A stretch of 64,000 bases of DNA, from NCBI GenBank assembly GCA_902564385.1, contig CACFAT010000003.1, forward strand, positions 34,039 through 98,038. The letters are read 5' to 3'. Position numbers and translations under genes: made by a program. The notes beneath the pieces are model-generated. The model worked only from the letters and a program-made list of their open reading frames with translations, had not been told where the DNA came from and made no database searches. Source of the DNA: an uncultured Pelagibacteraceae bacterium. Its GTDB lineage: Bacteria; Pseudomonadota; Alphaproteobacteria; Pelagibacterales; Pelagibacteraceae. Positions 19,248 through 33,954 of the stretch are shown piece after piece. Each line of letters opens with the position of its first letter. The first letter of the stretch is position 1.

Positions 19248-21019
19248 AATCTTATAATATTATAGATCATGAATACGATGTCGTTGTCCTTGGCGCTGGA
19301 GGTTCTGGCCTAAGAGCTGCGGTTGGCTTAAGTGAAGCTGGATTAAAAACTGCATGCATTTCTAAAGTCTTTCCAACCAGAAGTCATACATCAGCTGCCC
19401 AAGGTGGAATTTCAGCAGCCCTTGGAAACATGGGAGAAGACGATTGGCGTTGGCATATGTACGATACTGTAAAAGGAGCAGATTGGTTAGGCGATCAAGA
19501 TAGTATTGAATATTTGTGTAAGGAAGCTCCAAAAGCAGTACTAGAATTAGAAAAGTATGGTGTTCCTTTTAGTAGAACAGAAGATGGAAAAATTTATCAA
19601 AGACCATTTGGTGGAATGACAAAAAATTATGGAAATGGAATTGTACAAAGAACTTGTGCTGCAGCAGACAGAACTGGTCATGCAATTCTCCACACATTAT
19701 ATGGTCAAGCACTTAAACATAATACAGAATTTTTTATTGAATATTTTGCATTAGACTTAATTATGAAAGATGGACAATGCAAAGGTTTAATTGCTTGGAA
19801 TTTAAATGATGGAACAATTCATCGTTTTAGATCTCACATAACAATTATAGCCACAGGGGGATATGGGAAGGTGTATTACTCAGCAACATCTGCACATACT
19901 TGTACTGGTGATGGCAATGCAATGGTATTAAGAGCTGGATTACCTCTTCAAGATATGGAGTTTGTACAATTTCACCCAACAGGAATATATGGACACGGAA
20001 CACTTATTTCTGAAGGTGTGAGAGGTGAAGGTGGATATTTGGTAAACTCTAAAGGTGAAAGATTTATGGAGAGATATGCTCCCAACGCTAAAGATCTTGC
20101 ATCAAGAGATGTAGTTAGCAGATCAATGTCTATTGAAATCAATGAGGGAAGAGGTGTAGGTAAAGATCAAGACCATGTTCATTTATATTTAAGTCATTTA
20201 GATAAAAAAGTTATTGAAGATAGATTGCCAGGCATTACTGAGGCAGCAAGATTATTTGCAAATGTAGATGTAACCAAAGAACCGATACCAGTTGTTCCAA
20301 CAGTTCATTATAATATGGGTGGTATACCAACAAATTATAAAGCTGAAGTTTTAACAGTAAACGGATCTCAAAAAACAGTCCCAGGTTTGATGGCGATTGG
20401 TGAGGCCGCGTGCGTATCCGTGCATGGAGCAAATAGATTAGGTTCAAATTCACTTATTGACTTGGTTGTTTTTGGAAGAGCAGCAGCAAAGAGAGCAGCG
20501 GAATTGGTAAAACCTGGAACGCCTCACGAAGAAGTTAGTGAAAGCGAAACTGAAAAATGTCTAAATAGATTCGATAAACTAAGGTATGCAGAGGGAGATA
20601 ATGGAACTGCTGAACTTAGACTAGCGATGCAAAAAACAATGCAGTCTAAATGTGCTGTATTTAGAACTGAAAAGAATCTTAAAGAGGGTGTAGATGAGAT
20701 CAGAAAAACATATGACGGCATGGAATCGATTTCTGTTAAAGATAAATCGTTGGTATTCAATACTGATTTAGTTGAGACTTTAGAATTTGATAATTTAATT
20801 AGACAAGCGATAACAACTGTAGATTCTGCATATCACAGAAAAGAAAGCAGAGGAGCTCATGCTCGTGAAGATTATCCGAAAAGAAATGATGAAAAATTTA
20901 TGAAACATACATTATCTTGGTGTGATGGAAAAAATACTAAAATTGAATACAGAGATGTACATACTTCAACATTAACAAATGAAGTCCAATATTTTCCTCC
21001 ACAAGAAAGAGTGTATTAA
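19244..21019 (+). CDS. sdhA: Succinate dehydrogenase flavoprotein subunit
   Basis: [16 protein letters not shown] (FAD-His), [33 protein letters not shown]. Confidence 0.99.
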   Translation: MKSYNIIDHEYDVVVLGAGGSGLRAAVGLSEAGLKTACISKVFPTRSHTSAAQGGISAALGNMGEDDWRWHMYDTVKGADWLGDQDSIEYLCKEAPKAVLELEKYGVPFSRTEDGKIYQRPFGGMTKNYGNGIVQRTCAAADRTGHAILHTLYGQALKHNTEFFIEYFALDLIMKDGQCKGLIAWNLNDGTIHRFRSHITIIATGGYGKVYYSATSAHTCTGDGNAMVLRAGLPLQDMEFVQFHPTGIYGHGTLISEGVRGEGGYLVNSKGERFMERYAPNAKDLASRDVVSRSMSIEINEGRGVGKDQDHVHLYLSHLDKKVIEDRLPGITEAARLFANVDVTKEPIPVVPTVHYNMGGIPTNYKAEVLTVNGSQKTVPGLMAIGEAACVSVHGANRLGSNSLIDLVVFGRAAAKRAAELVKPGTPHEEVSESETEKCLNRFDKLRYAEGDNGTAELRLAMQKTMQSKCAVFRTEKNLKEGVDEIRKTYDGMESISVKDKSLVFNTDLVETLEFDNLIRQAITTVDSAYHRKESRGAHAREDYPKRNDEKFMKHTLSWCDGKNTKIEYRDVHTSTLTNEVQYFPPQERVY

Positions 21020-21792
21020 TGGTTCAATTAAATTTACCACAAAACTCAAAAGTTAATAAAGGTAAATATTTTAAAGACAAAACCGGTTCAAAGAATATCA
21101 GAAAAGTAAATGTTTATAGATGGGATCCATCCACTGGAGAGAACCCAAGAATAGACACATATGAAGTAGATATGGATAATTGCCCATCTAAAGTTTTAGA
21201 CATACTAAATAAAATTAAAAACGAAATTGATCCAACACTTGCATATAGAAGATCTTGTGCGCATGGAGTTTGTGGTTCTTGTGCAATGAATATGGGTGGA
21301 AAAAATGGTCTTGCATGTACTAAGCCACATGCAGAAATCAAGGGAGATATAGATATATACCCTTTGCCTCACTTAAAAGTAAAAAAAGATTTAATAGGAG
21401 ATTTAAGTGGATTATATAAACAATACCAATCTATTGAGCCTTGGTTAAAAAATAATTCAAAAAGTGAAACAACAGAAATACATCAATCTCCAGAAGATAG
21501 AGCTAAACTTGATGGAGCTTATGAATGTATAATGTGTGCTTGTTGTTCTACTTCATGTCCTAGTTATTGGTGGAACGGAGATAAGTATTTAGGTCCTGCA
21601 GTTTTATTACAAGCTTATAGATGGATAATGGATAGCAGAGACGAGGATAGAAAGGAAAGACTTCAAAAGGTTGCAGATGAACTTAAGCTTTATAGATGTC
21701 ATACGATTTTGAACTGCACTAACGCATGTCCAAAAGGATTAAATCCAGCAAAAGCTATTGCTGAGATAAAGAAAATGCTTGCAACCACATAA
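21019..21792 (+). CDS. sdhB: Succinate dehydrogenase iron-sulfur subunit
   Basis: [49 protein letters not shown]. Confidence 0.98.
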   Translation: MVQLNLPQNSKVNKGKYFKDKTGSKNIRKVNVYRWDPSTGENPRIDTYEVDMDNCPSKVLDILNKIKNEIDPTLAYRRSCAHGVCGSCAMNMGGKNGLACTKPHAEIKGDIDIYPLPHLKVKKDLIGDLSGLYKQYQSIEPWLKNNSKSETTEIHQSPEDRAKLDGAYECIMCACCSTSCPSYWWNGDKYLGPAVLLQAYRWIMDSRDEDRKERLQKVADELKLYRCHTILNCTNACPKGLNPAKAIAEIKKMLATT

Positions 21793-21812
21793 TTACTTAT
21801 TTAAATACATCC

Positions 21813-24273
<2,461 letters not shown>

Positions 24274-24276
24274 TTA

Positions 24277-25437
24277 ATGAATATTCACGAACACCAAGCA
24301 AAGAATATACTTAGAAAATATGGAGCTAAAGTTCCGGACGGAGTTTATGCTCTAGATGTAAATGAATTATTAGAAAAAGCTAAAAACCTTAAAACTGATA
24401 AATATGTATTGAAAGCACAAATTCATGCTGGAGGCAGAGGTAAAGCTGGTGGAGTTAAAATAGTAAATGATTTAAAAAGTCTTGAAACAGAGGCAAAATC
24501 CTTGCTTGGAAAAAAATTAATAACTCATCAGACAGGACCTAGTGGAAGAATTGTTAAAAGATTATATGTCGAAGTTTCATCTAACATTGATAAAGAATTT
24601 TATTTGTCTTGTGTTGTAGATCGTGCGAGCTCAAAGATAGCATTTATCTCAAGTGATCAAGGGGGTATGGATATAGAAGAAGTCGCAATCAAATCTCCTG
24701 AGAAAATTTTAACAACAAAAGTAGATTTAGATAACGAAATATCTGATGAAAATTGTAATAAAATAATAAGTATTTTTAATCTAGATGAAGAAACAAAAGA
24801 ACAAGGAATTAGTCTAATCAAGTCCATATACAAATTATTTATAGAAACAGATGCTAATTTAATTGAAATTAATCCTTTAATTTTAACAAAAGAAAAAGAG
24901 TTGATTTGTTTAGATGCAAAAATGAATTTTGATGGAAATGCTTTATTCAGACATCCAGAGCTAATTGAGTTGAGAGACCTCAATGAAGAAGAGGAAACAG
25001 AGATAGAAGCTAGCAAGCATGATTTAGCATATATTAAACTTGATGGAACAATTGGATGTATGGTTAATGGAGCTGGGCTCGCAATGGCAACTATGGACAT
25101 AATTAAATTATATGGAAAGGAGCCAGCAAATTTTTTAGATGTTGGTGGTGGCGCTTCTAAAGAAAAAGTGGCGGCTGCTTTTAAAATAATTTTATCAGAT
25201 AAAAATGTTAAAGGAATATTAATTAATATTTTTGGCGGAATAATGAGATGCGATGTTCTTGCCCAAGGTGTAGTGGATGCAGCAAAAGAAATAAAAATGA
25301 ATGTTCCTTTAGTTGTAAGATTGGCCGGAACAAATTTTGAAGAGGGAAAAAAAATACTTGATAATTCAGGTCTTGAGTTAATTTCTGCTTCTGATTTATC
25401 AGATGCTGCTAAAAAAATTGTAGAGGCTATTAAATAA
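24277..25437 (+). CDS. sucC: Succinyl-CoA synthetase beta subunit
   Basis: [56 protein letters not shown]. Confidence 0.99.
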   Translation: MNIHEHQAKNILRKYGAKVPDGVYALDVNELLEKAKNLKTDKYVLKAQIHAGGRGKAGGVKIVNDLKSLETEAKSLLGKKLITHQTGPSGRIVKRLYVEVSSNIDKEFYLSCVVDRASSKIAFISSDQGGMDIEEVAIKSPEKILTTKVDLDNEISDENCNKIISIFNLDEETKEQGISLIKSIYKLFIETDANLIEINPLILTKEKELICLDAKMNFDGNALFRHPELIELRDLNEEEETEIEASKHDLAYIKLDGTIGCMVNGAGLAMATMDIIKLYGKEPANFLDVGGGASKEKVAAAFKIILSDKNVKGILINIFGGIMRCDVLAQGVVDAAKEIKMNVPLVVRLAGTNFEEGKKILDNSGLELISASDLSDAAKKIVEAIK

Positions 25438-26313
25438 ATGTCAGTTTTAGTTAATAAAAACACGAAGTTAATTTGCCAGGGTTTTACAGGTAGTCATGGA
25501 ACTTTTCATTCAGAGCAAGCAATTAAATATGGAACAAATTTAGTCGGAGGGGTCACACCAAAAAAAGGTGGTCAAACTCATCTAGATAGACCAGTATTTA
25601 ATACAGTAAAAGAAGCAGTAGATAAAACTGGTGCCAATGCAACTATGATTTATGTTCCTGCGAAATTTGCATCTGCAGCAATCATAGAAGCCATTGAGGC
25701 TAATTTAGAATTAATTGTTTGTATTACTGAGGGAATACCAGTTCTTGATATGATTAAGGTCAAAAAAAAATTACTTAATTCAAAATCAAGATTAATCGGT
25801 CCCAATTGTCCAGGGATAATTACTCCTGATGAATGCAAGATCGGAATAATGCCAGGAAATATCCATAAAAAGGGTTCTGTTGGTATTGTATCAAGATCCG
25901 GAACTTTGACCTACGAGGCTGTCGCACAAACTACAGAGAATGATTTGGGGCAATCAACATGTATAGGCATAGGTGGTGATCCAATCAATGGCACAAATTT
26001 TATTGATTGCTTAGATTTATTTTTAAAAGATGAGGAAACTAAATCAATTTTAATGATTGGTGAAATAGGTGGATCAGCTGAAGAAGAAGCAGCTGAATTT
26101 GTAAAAAATCATGAAATAAAAAAACCCATGGTTGGTTTTATTGCAGGAGTTACAGCACCACCGGGTAGAAGAATGGGACATGCAGGGGCCATAATATCAG
26201 GTGGTAAAGGTGGGGCTAAAGATAAGATCAAAAAAATGGAAGATTGTGGTATCGAAGTTGCCACATCACCTTCAGAAATTGGAAAAACATTGTTAAATAA
26301 ATTGTCCAATTGA
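25438..26313 (+). CDS. sucD: Succinyl-CoA synthetase alpha subunit
   Basis: [31 protein letters not shown] (phospho-His). Confidence 0.99.
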   Translation: MSVLVNKNTKLICQGFTGSHGTFHSEQAIKYGTNLVGGVTPKKGGQTHLDRPVFNTVKEAVDKTGANATMIYVPAKFASAAIIEAIEANLELIVCITEGIPVLDMIKVKKKLLNSKSRLIGPNCPGIITPDECKIGIMPGNIHKKGSVGIVSRSGTLTYEAVAQTTENDLGQSTCIGIGGDPINGTNFIDCLDLFLKDEETKSILMIGEIGGSAEEEAAEFVKNHEIKKPMVGFIAGVTAPPGRRMGHAGAIISGGKGGAKDKIKKMEDCGIEVATSPSEIGKTLLNKLSN

Positions 26314-26343
26314 AAACAAAATTTAGTATTATAATAATATAAA

Positions 26344-29241
26344 ATGAGCTCTCCTAAAAATCTGGAATATAAAAAAACATCGTTTTTAAATAAGGCCAAT
26401 AGTGCATTCATTGAAGAAATGTATGTAAAATTTATAAATAAAGATCCATCTCTCTCTGAAAGTTGGATTGAATATTTCTCAAGTGTAGATGAGGATATGA
26501 AGATATTAGTCGACGAGATAAATGGACCGTCGTGGAAACCTTTTTCAAAGAAAATAAATATAAATGATGTCGAGAAAACAGCTAAAGAAAATGAAAAAAA
26601 CAAAGAAAATTCTAGCAAGTTTAATTTCCAAGTAATTGCAAATTCAAATAAAAATTCAATAAGTGCTGTAGCCTTGATAAGAGCTTATCGCTTAAGGGGA
26701 CATCTATTATCAAAATTAGATCCTTTGGAATTGATGAAGTCAGAATATTTAGACGAATTACATCCTGAGTACTATGGTTTTAAAAAAGAAGATTATGACA
26801 AAGAAATTTTTCTAAACGGAATAATAAATAAAAAAAGTGCAAATATTAGAGAAATACTTAAGTTTTTAAAAAAAACTTATTGTGGTCCCATAGGTTATGA
26901 GTACATGCATATTTCAAATCCAACTGAGAGAATGTGGTTTAGAGATAGAGTTGAAAAAGATGAGAATGCACTCAAGTTTACAAAAAATGGAAAGCAAGCA
27001 ATTTTAAATAAATTAATACAAGCAGAGGGATTTGAAAAATTTTTAAACACAAAATATGTTGGTACTAAAAGATTTGGTTTAGATGGTGGAGAAAGTTTAA
27101 TACCTGCTCTTGAGCAAATCATAAAAATTGGAGGACAATCTAAAATAAAAGAAGTTAAAATAGGAATGTCACATAGAGGAAGACTAAATGTCTTAGCAAA
27201 CGTTTTACAAAAATCTTATAAAAGAATTTTTAATGAATTTGCTGGTGAAATGGATGGTTCAGAAGATGGTGCTGGAGATGTCAAATACCATTTAGGAGCC
27301 TCATCTGATAGAGAATTTGATGGAAATCCTGTACACGTTAGCTTAACAGATAATCCTTCACATTTAGAGGCAGTTAATCCTGTTGTTCTTGGGCAAACTA
27401 GAGCTAAACAATTTTTTCACAAAGACAAAGAAAGAAATAAAGTTATACCAATATTAATTCACGGCGATGCTGCATTTGCAGGGCAAGGAATAGTGGCAGA
27501 GTGTTTTGCGATGTCCGGACTTCCTGGTCATAACACTGGAGGGACAATCCATATTATTGTTAACAACCAAATTGGATTTACAACAAGTCCTAGATTTGCG
27601 CGATCTTCCCCTTATCCTTCTGATATAGGTAAAATGGTTGATGCACCAATCATCCATGTTAATGGAGATGATCCTGAGGCAGTTGTTTACGCAACTAGAA
27701 TAGCAACTGAGTTTAGATTAAAATTTAATAGAGATGTTGTAATTGATTTAATATGTTACAGAAGATTTGGACACAATGAGGGAGATGAGCCATCTTTCAC
27801 CCAACCACTTATGTACAAAAAAATTAGATCTCATCCATCTACAATTAAAATTTATGGTGAAAAGCTAGTAAATGAAGGACTTTTTACGAAACAAGATTTA
27901 GATCAACAAATTATTGATTTTAAAAATTTATTAGATGATCAATTTAAAAATGCGAAAGATTATAAACCTAAAATTAGATGGTTCGAGGGAACTTGGTCGA
28001 GATATAAACCCGAAAGAGGTAAAGATAAAAGAGGTGTAACTGGATCAGATTTGAAAATTTTAAATAATATTTCTGACAGAATACATGTTTTTCCAACTGA
28101 TAAAAATATTCACAAAACCATAACAAAAATTATGGAAAATAGAAAAAAAACTATTAATGAAGGCTCAGGAATTGATTGGGCAACAGCTGAGTCTTTAGCA
28201 TTTGGTTCATTATTAGTTGAAGGTTATCCAGTAAGGTTAGTAGGTCAGGACTCAGGCAGAGGTACTTTTAGTCAAAGACACTCAGTTTTAAGAAATCAAA
28301 TTGATAATTCAAGGTACATACCTTTAAACAATATATCTAGTAACCAAAAAAATTTTGAAATTGTAGATAGTTTTTTATCTGAACTTGCAGTTTTAGGATT
28401 TGAATATGGATACAGTTTAGTAGAACCAAATACATTGACAATTTGGGAAGCTCAATTTGGTGATTTTGCAAATGGTGCTCAAGTAATTATTGATCAATTT
28501 ATATCATCTGGTGAAAGAAAGTGGAAAAGAGCATCAGGACTGGTTATGTTATTACCCCATGGTTATGAAGGACAAGGTCCAGAACACTCCTCTGCGAGAT
28601 TAGAGAGATTTTTACAATTATGTGCAAATGATAATTTACAAGTTATGAATTGTACTACACCTGCAAATTATTTTCATGCTTTAAGAAGACAGATGCACCG
28701 TGATTTTAGAAAACCTTTAATTATAATGACACCTAAGTCACTTTTAAGAAATAAATATTGTGTATCAAATTTAGAAGATTTTAGTAAAAAAAATTCTTTT
28801 CATAGAGTGCTATGGGATCATGCTAGAGATAGTAAGCAAAAAGGTTTTATTAAGTTAAAAGAAGATAAAAAAATTAGAAAAGTAATATTATGCTCTGGAA
28901 AAATTTACTTTGATCTTCTCGCAGCAAGAGAGAAACTAAAAATCAATGATGTAATTTTGTATAGAATTGAACAACTATATCCTTTCCCTGCAAAAAGTTT
29001 GGTTAAAGAACTAAAACCATTTGCAAAAAATGCAAAATTTTATTGGTGCCAAGAGGAGCCCAAAAATATGGGTGCTTGGTTTGCTGTTAGAGATTATATA
29101 CAATGGACATTAGAGACTATTAAGGCTAAAAACAATGCAATTTCTTACATTGGAAGAAGTCCAGATGCTACACCTGCTACAGGTTATGCAAGAAGACATA
29201 ATTCTGAACAACAAGAAATTATAAATAAAGTATTTGAATAA
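26344..29241 (+). CDS. sucA: 2-oxoglutarate dehydrogenase E1
   Basis: GTKRFGLDG, GMSHRGRLN, NPSHLE, HGDAAFAGQG, RRFGHNEGDEP, LPHGYEGQGPEHSS. Confidence 0.99.
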   Translation: MSSPKNLEYKKTSFLNKANSAFIEEMYVKFINKDPSLSESWIEYFSSVDEDMKILVDEINGPSWKPFSKKININDVEKTAKENEKNKENSSKFNFQVIANSNKNSISAVALIRAYRLRGHLLSKLDPLELMKSEYLDELHPEYYGFKKEDYDKEIFLNGIINKKSANIREILKFLKKTYCGPIGYEYMHISNPTERMWFRDRVEKDENALKFTKNGKQAILNKLIQAEGFEKFLNTKYVGTKRFGLDGGESLIPALEQIIKIGGQSKIKEVKIGMSHRGRLNVLANVLQKSYKRIFNEFAGEMDGSEDGAGDVKYHLGASSDREFDGNPVHVSLTDNPSHLEAVNPVVLGQTRAKQFFHKDKERNKVIPILIHGDAAFAGQGIVAECFAMSGLPGHNTGGTIHIIVNNQIGFTTSPRFARSSPYPSDIGKMVDAPIIHVNGDDPEAVVYATRIATEFRLKFNRDVVIDLICYRRFGHNEGDEPSFTQPLMYKKIRSHPSTIKIYGEKLVNEGLFTKQDLDQQIIDFKNLLDDQFKNAKDYKPKIRWFEGTWSRYKPERGKDKRGVTGSDLKILNNISDRIHVFPTDKNIHKTITKIMENRKKTINEGSGIDWATAESLAFGSLLVEGYPVRLVGQDSGRGTFSQRHSVLRNQIDNSRYIPLNNISSNQKNFEIVDSFLSELAVLGFEYGYSLVEPNTLTIWEAQFGDFANGAQVIIDQFISSGERKWKRASGLVMLLPHGYEGQGPEHSSARLERFLQLCANDNLQVMNCTTPANYFHALRRQMHRDFRKPLIIMTPKSLLRNKYCVSNLEDFSKKNSFHRVLWDHARDSKQKGFIKLKEDKKIRKVILCSGKIYFDLLAAREKLKINDVILYRIEQLYPFPAKSLVKELKPFAKNAKFYWCQEEPKNMGAWFAVRDYIQWTLETIKAKNNAISYIGRSPDATPATGYARRHNSEQQEIINKVFE

Positions 29242-30516
29242 ATGAGTGAAAAAATATTAGTTCCAGTTTTGGGAGAAAGTATTACAGAGGCTACGGTCAC
29301 GAAATGGTTAAAGAAAAAGGGTGATAACGTAGTTGCTGATGAAGCTGTAGTAGAATTAGAAACTGACAAAGTAAACTTAGAAGTTCCTGCACCTGCAAGT
29401 GGCGTTATATCAGAGATCAACTCAAAAGATGGTGATACAGTTGAGGTTGGAACTGTATTAGGAATGATTTCAGAAGGTAGTGCCCTTAAAGAAGAAAAGA
29501 AAGCTGAGCCAATTAAAGAAAATGTTGAAAAAAATAATGTAATAAATTTAGAAATCGAAAAGAAAAAAGATACAAAAAAAACCCAAGAACCTTTATTGCT
29601 TGATGAAGAACCATTGGTATTAACTGATGAAGTTGAAGAAACTAAATCTATTAAACAGAATAAAACACTTTCTCCTGCTGTAAGAAAAATGGTTGTTGAA
29701 AATAAAATTAATTTAGATGAAGTAAAAGGGACAGGTAAAGATGGTAGAATTTTAAAAGGTGATTTAATAAGTTTAATGGGAGCTAACCCTCAACCTAACG
29801 AAAGAAAAATTCAATACGGTGAAGAAGAACGAATTAAAATGTCAAGACTAAGACAAACCATTGCTAAACGTTTAAAAGAGGCTCAAAATAATGCAGCTAT
29901 GCTCACAACTTTTAATGAGGTTGATATGTCAAATATAATTTCGATGAGAAAAGATAACCAGGAAGATTTCCAAAATAGTTATGGAATTAAACTAGGCTTC
30001 ATGTCCTTTTTTGTAAAAGCTTGTATAGTTGGATTAAAATTATTTCCTGCAATAAATGCTGAAGTTGAAAATGATGAAATGGTTTACAAAAATTATTATA
30101 ATGTGAGCTTTGCAGTAGGAACTGAAAAAGGATTAGTAGTTCCAGTATTAAAAAATGCTGATGAAATGTCTTTTGCTGACATTGAAAAAAACATAAAAGA
30201 TCTGTCAGACAAAGCAAAAAATGGTAGTCTTACCATAGAGGATCTTCAAGGAGGAACGTTTACAATTAGCAACGGAGGTGTGTATGGATCAATGTTATCT
30301 ACTCCTATTTTAAACCCTCCACAATCAGCAGTTCTTGGAATGCATAATATTGTTGAAAGACCCGTTGTTGTTGATAGTGAGATAAAGGCTAGACCTGTAA
30401 TGTTTTTAGCATTGTCTTATGATCATAGAATAATTGATGGAAAAGAATCTGTAAGTTTTTTAAAAACTGTTAAAGAAAACTTAGAAGACCCAAGAAGGTT
30501 GTTTTTAAATTTATAA
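29242..30516 (+). CDS. sucB: Dihydrolipoamide succinyltransferase E2
   Basis: Lipoyl motif ETDKV, GTGKDGRI, TFTISNGG, LSYDHRIIDG. Confidence 0.98.
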   Translation: MSEKILVPVLGESITEATVTKWLKKKGDNVVADEAVVELETDKVNLEVPAPASGVISEINSKDGDTVEVGTVLGMISEGSALKEEKKAEPIKENVEKNNVINLEIEKKKDTKKTQEPLLLDEEPLVLTDEVEETKSIKQNKTLSPAVRKMVVENKINLDEVKGTGKDGRILKGDLISLMGANPQPNERKIQYGEEERIKMSRLRQTIAKRLKEAQNNAAMLTTFNEVDMSNIISMRKDNQEDFQNSYGIKLGFMSFFVKACIVGLKLFPAINAEVENDEMVYKNYYNVSFAVGTEKGLVVPVLKNADEMSFADIEKNIKDLSDKAKNGSLTIEDLQGGTFTISNGGVYGSMLSTPILNPPQSAVLGMHNIVERPVVVDSEIKARPVMFLALSYDHRIIDGKESVSFLKTVKENLEDPRRLFLNL

Positions 30517-30517
30517 T

Positions 30518-31915
30518 ATGCCAAAAAAATTTGATGTTACAGTAATTGGTGGTGGTCCTGGTGGTTATGTTTGTGCAATTAGATTGTCTCAACTTGGACT
30601 TAAAACTGCATGCATAGAGTCTAGAGGATCTCTAGGGGGGACATGTTTAAATATTGGATGCATCCCATCAAAAAGTTTACTTAATTTATCTGAAAAATTT
30701 CACAGTGCTAAAAATTTCGAAAAAATTGGAATTGAGACTGGAGAAATAAAACTTAATTTAGATAAAATGATGAAAAATAAAGACAAAGCTGTAACAGTTT
30801 TGACTAAAGGAGTTGAATTTTTATTCAAAAAAAACAAAGTTACTTATTTTAAAGGCAAAGGTTCATTTGAGAACGAGAATTCAATAAAAATTGAAGGCTT
30901 GGAAGGCACTAAAATAATTCAAACTGATAAAACAATAATAAGTACAGGATCAGAGCCAGTTTCATTGCCTGGAGTAGATTTCGATGAAGAAAGAATTCTC
31001 TCTTCAACTGGAGCCCTATCTATTCCCAAACTCCCCAATAAAATGATCGTTGTTGGTGGAGGATATATAGGATTGGAAATGGGATCAGTTTGGTCAAGAC
31101 TTGGCACTGAAGTCACAGTCGTTGAATTTTTAGATCATATCACCCCTGGAATGGATCGAGATATTTCAAATGAATTTATGAAAATATTAAAGAAACAAGG
31201 TATAAAATTCAACCTTAATACTAAAGTCGATAAAATAACTAAAAACTCTAACGGTGTGACGGTTGAGACTTCACAAAATGATGGCCAAAAAGTTAAACAT
31301 GATGTTGATGTTGTTTTAATTTCTGTAGGAAGAAGACCTTATACTAAAAACTTAAATTTAGATAAAGTTGGTGTAAAGTTAGATGAAAAAGGAAGAGTTA
31401 AAGTAAATAAAAATTTTGAAACGAATGTTAAAAATATTTATGCAATAGGTGATGTTATTGATGGCCCAATGTTAGCCCATAAAGCTGAAGAGGAAGGAAT
31501 TGCAGTTGCAGAATTAATAGCGGGTCAATCAGGTCATGTTAATTATGATATTATTCCTGGAGTTGTTTATACATCTCCCGAGGTTGCTTATGTTGGCAAA
31601 AGCGAAGAGCAATTAAAAAAAGAAAACATAGGGTACAAAATTGGTAAATTTCCTTTTATGGCAAATTCAAGAGCCAAAGCAATTGATGAGCCAGAGGGTT
31701 TTGTAAAAATTTTGGCAGACCAATCAACTGATAAAGTACTTGGTGTACATATAATTGGTCCACATGCAGGAGAAATGATAGCTGAGATGGCTGTCGCAAT
31801 GGAATTTGGAGCTAGTTCCGAAGATATTGCAAGAACATGTCACGCACATCCAACATTTTCTGAAGCTATAAAAGAAGCAGCATTATCAGTAGATAAAAGA
31901 CAGATACACTCTTAA
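30518..31915 (+). CDS. lpdA: Dihydrolipoamide dehydrogenase E3
   Basis: GGGPGGY, GGTCLNIGCIPSK, GPMLAHKA, HAHPTFSE. Confidence 0.98.
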   Translation: MPKKFDVTVIGGGPGGYVCAIRLSQLGLKTACIESRGSLGGTCLNIGCIPSKSLLNLSEKFHSAKNFEKIGIETGEIKLNLDKMMKNKDKAVTVLTKGVEFLFKKNKVTYFKGKGSFENENSIKIEGLEGTKIIQTDKTIISTGSEPVSLPGVDFDEERILSSTGALSIPKLPNKMIVVGGGYIGLEMGSVWSRLGTEVTVVEFLDHITPGMDRDISNEFMKILKKQGIKFNLNTKVDKITKNSNGVTVETSQNDGQKVKHDVDVVLISVGRRPYTKNLNLDKVGVKLDEKGRVKVNKNFETNVKNIYAIGDVIDGPMLAHKAEEEGIAVAELIAGQSGHVNYDIIPGVVYTSPEVAYVGKSEEQLKKENIGYKIGKFPFMANSRAKAIDEPEGFVKILADQSTDKVLGVHIIGPHAGEMIAEMAVAMEFGASSEDIARTCHAHPTFSEAIKEAALSVDKRQIHS

Positions 31916-31934
31916 TATATATCATAATTAATTT

Positions 31935-33890
31935 ATGAAATATCCAGTTTTGTTGCCAAATATCTTTGATTATCCTTTTACATATGAAAGTGATATTAAA
32001 TTAAAAGCAGGAGATTATGTAAAAGTTCCATTTGGTAAGAAAAATATTATTGGTGTAATTTGGGATTTTTTTGAAGAAAAGAATAATAAGGAATTTAAAT
32101 TAAAATCTATAACTGAAAAAATTGAAATTGAACCACTAAGTAAAAATACAATCAATTTTCTAAAGTGGTTTTCCAATTACAACATTGTACCCCTAGGAAT
32201 GTGTTTAAAACTGCATTTGATTAATGACGAAAATTTAAAAATAAAAAATGACAAAGATTTATTAAAATATGCTCTATCAAATGAAAAAGAAAGTTATCAA
32301 CTTTCTGAAGAGCAAGATAAAGCCTATAAAGAGTTATCCAAAAATGATACCAGTTTTAGAGTTCATTTACTTCAAGGAACAACAGGTTCAGGAAAAACAA
32401 TAGTTTATTTTAAAGCTATTGAAAAAATTATAAATATAGGATTGCAAGCTCTAATTTTATTACCAGAAATAGGACTAACAAATGAGTTTGAAAAAAAATT
32501 TAAATCTTATTTTGGATTTGAAGCTGCAGTTTGGCATTCAAAAGTCAGCCCAAAAAAAAGAAAAATTATATGGAATGGATTATCAGCAGGAAAAATTAAA
32601 GTAGTACTCGGAGCAAGATCATCCTTATTTCTGCCATTCAAAAAATTAGGTTTGATAACTGTAGATGAAGAGCACGATCAATCTTATAAACAAGATGAAG
32701 GAATTATCTATAATGCTAGAGATATGGCAATATCAAGAGCTAAACACGAAAATATTCCAATAAATTTAGTAACTGCAGTTCCATCAATCGAAACATATGA
32801 AAATATTAAAATTAAAAAATATAATTACTCAAGATTACTTAATCGATATAAAGGTGCAAATTTACCCAAACACCATGTTATCGATCTTTATCAAAATCAA
32901 CTAGCGACCAAAAGTTCTATATCTCTTAAAACTCTTGAAAAAGTAAAAGAACATTTAAATAAAAAAGATCAAGTTCTCTTTTTCATAAATAGAAGAGGTT
33001 TTGCACCCTATGTTTTATGTAAAAAATGTTTAAATGTTTTTACATGCCCAAGGTGTTCTATAAATTTAGTATTTCACAAAAATAAAAAAATTCTTTTGTG
33101 TCATTACTGTGGATATAATTCAAAATTAAATAGAGATTGTAAAAAAGGAAATGTTTGTGACTTTGTATTTAGTGGGCCTGGGGTAGAAAAAATTGCAGAG
33201 GAAGTTAAAAACCTCTTTCCTAATAAAAAAACAATAATTTTTTCTAGCGACACAATGAATAAAGCATCTGGCAAAGATAAATTGAATAAAATTATATCTG
33301 GTGAAATAGATATTCTTGTAGGTACTCAATTAATATCAAAAGGATTTCACTTTCCAAAATTGAATTGTATTGTTGTATTAGATATTGATTTAACTTCTCA
33401 AGGACATGATCTTAGGAGCACAGAAAAAAATTTACAACTTTACCACCAGTTATCAGGAAGAGCAGGTAGAACCGGCAAACCAGCTAATATTTATTTCCAA
33501 ACATACAATTTAAAACCAGAAGTTATAAATCAAATTACAAATGAAGATCCTTTTAAATTTCTAGAAAATGAATTAAATTTAAGAAAGAGAAATAATTTAC
33601 CGCCCTACGAAAGATTTATCGCTTTAATCTTATCTTCATCAAATGAAAAAAAACTTGATATAGATGCCGTAAAACTTAAAAATATTTTATCAAAGTCTAT
33701 AGATGCAAAAATTTTAGGACCAGTTAATGCTCCAATATATAGAATTAATCAAAAATTCAGAAATAGACTATTAATAAGGGCAAAAAAAACATCTAGTGTT
33801 CAGAAAAAATTGAAAGATGTATTGAAAGATTTTCAACTCTCCAAAGGAATGAAACTTTCAGTTGATGTTGACCCTATCAGCTTCAATTAG
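31935..33890 (+). CDS. priA: Replication restart helicase PriA (compact)
   Basis: GTTGSGKT, DEEHDQSYKQ, YNARD, INRRGFAP, Cys-rich region, GRAGR, VDVDP. Confidence 0.96.
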   Translation: MKYPVLLPNIFDYPFTYESDIKLKAGDYVKVPFGKKNIIGVIWDFFEEKNNKEFKLKSITEKIEIEPLSKNTINFLKWFSNYNIVPLGMCLKLHLINDENLKIKNDKDLLKYALSNEKESYQLSEEQDKAYKELSKNDTSFRVHLLQGTTGSGKTIVYFKAIEKIINIGLQALILLPEIGLTNEFEKKFKSYFGFEAAVWHSKVSPKKRKIIWNGLSAGKIKVVLGARSSLFLPFKKLGLITVDEEHDQSYKQDEGIIYNARDMAISRAKHENIPINLVTAVPSIETYENIKIKKYNYSRLLNRYKGANLPKHHVIDLYQNQLATKSSISLKTLEKVKEHLNKKDQVLFFINRRGFAPYVLCKKCLNVFTCPRCSINLVFHKNKKILLCHYCGYNSKLNRDCKKGNVCDFVFSGPGVEKIAEEVKNLFPNKKTIIFSSDTMNKASGKDKLNKIISGEIDILVGTQLISKGFHFPKLNCIVVLDIDLTSQGHDLRSTEKNLQLYHQLSGRAGRTGKPANIYFQTYNLKPEVINQITNEDPFKFLENELNLRKRNNLPPYERFIALILSSSNEKKLDIDAVKLKNILSKSIDAKILGPVNAPIYRINQKFRNRLLIRAKKTSSVQKKLKDVLKDFQLSKGMKLSVDVDPISFN

Positions 33891-33925
33891 CCCATTAAAT
33901 CTTACCATTTTTCACAATCTGAGCC

Positions 33926-33954
33926 TTGAAGACTGATAATTCGTATGTTATCTA
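33926..33954 (+). promoter_or_regulatory. Putative sigma70 promoter of atpHAGDC
   Basis: TTGAAG-17 nt-TATCTA with extended -10 TG. Confidence 0.5.

Noticed and set aside
21256-21282. SdhB [2Fe-2S] loop CAHGVCGSC instead of the common CREGxCGS
   Set aside because: All Cys ligands are intact and I recall the AH variant in other bacterial SdhB proteins, so it is not clearly unusual.
24657-25463. 268-aa antisense ORF opposite sucC (and similar shorter antisense ORFs over mmsA, leuC, dmdB, sucA, polA)
   Set aside because: Codon-aligned antisense shadows of conserved genes with typical Ser/Ile/Phe/Pro-rich non-protein composition.
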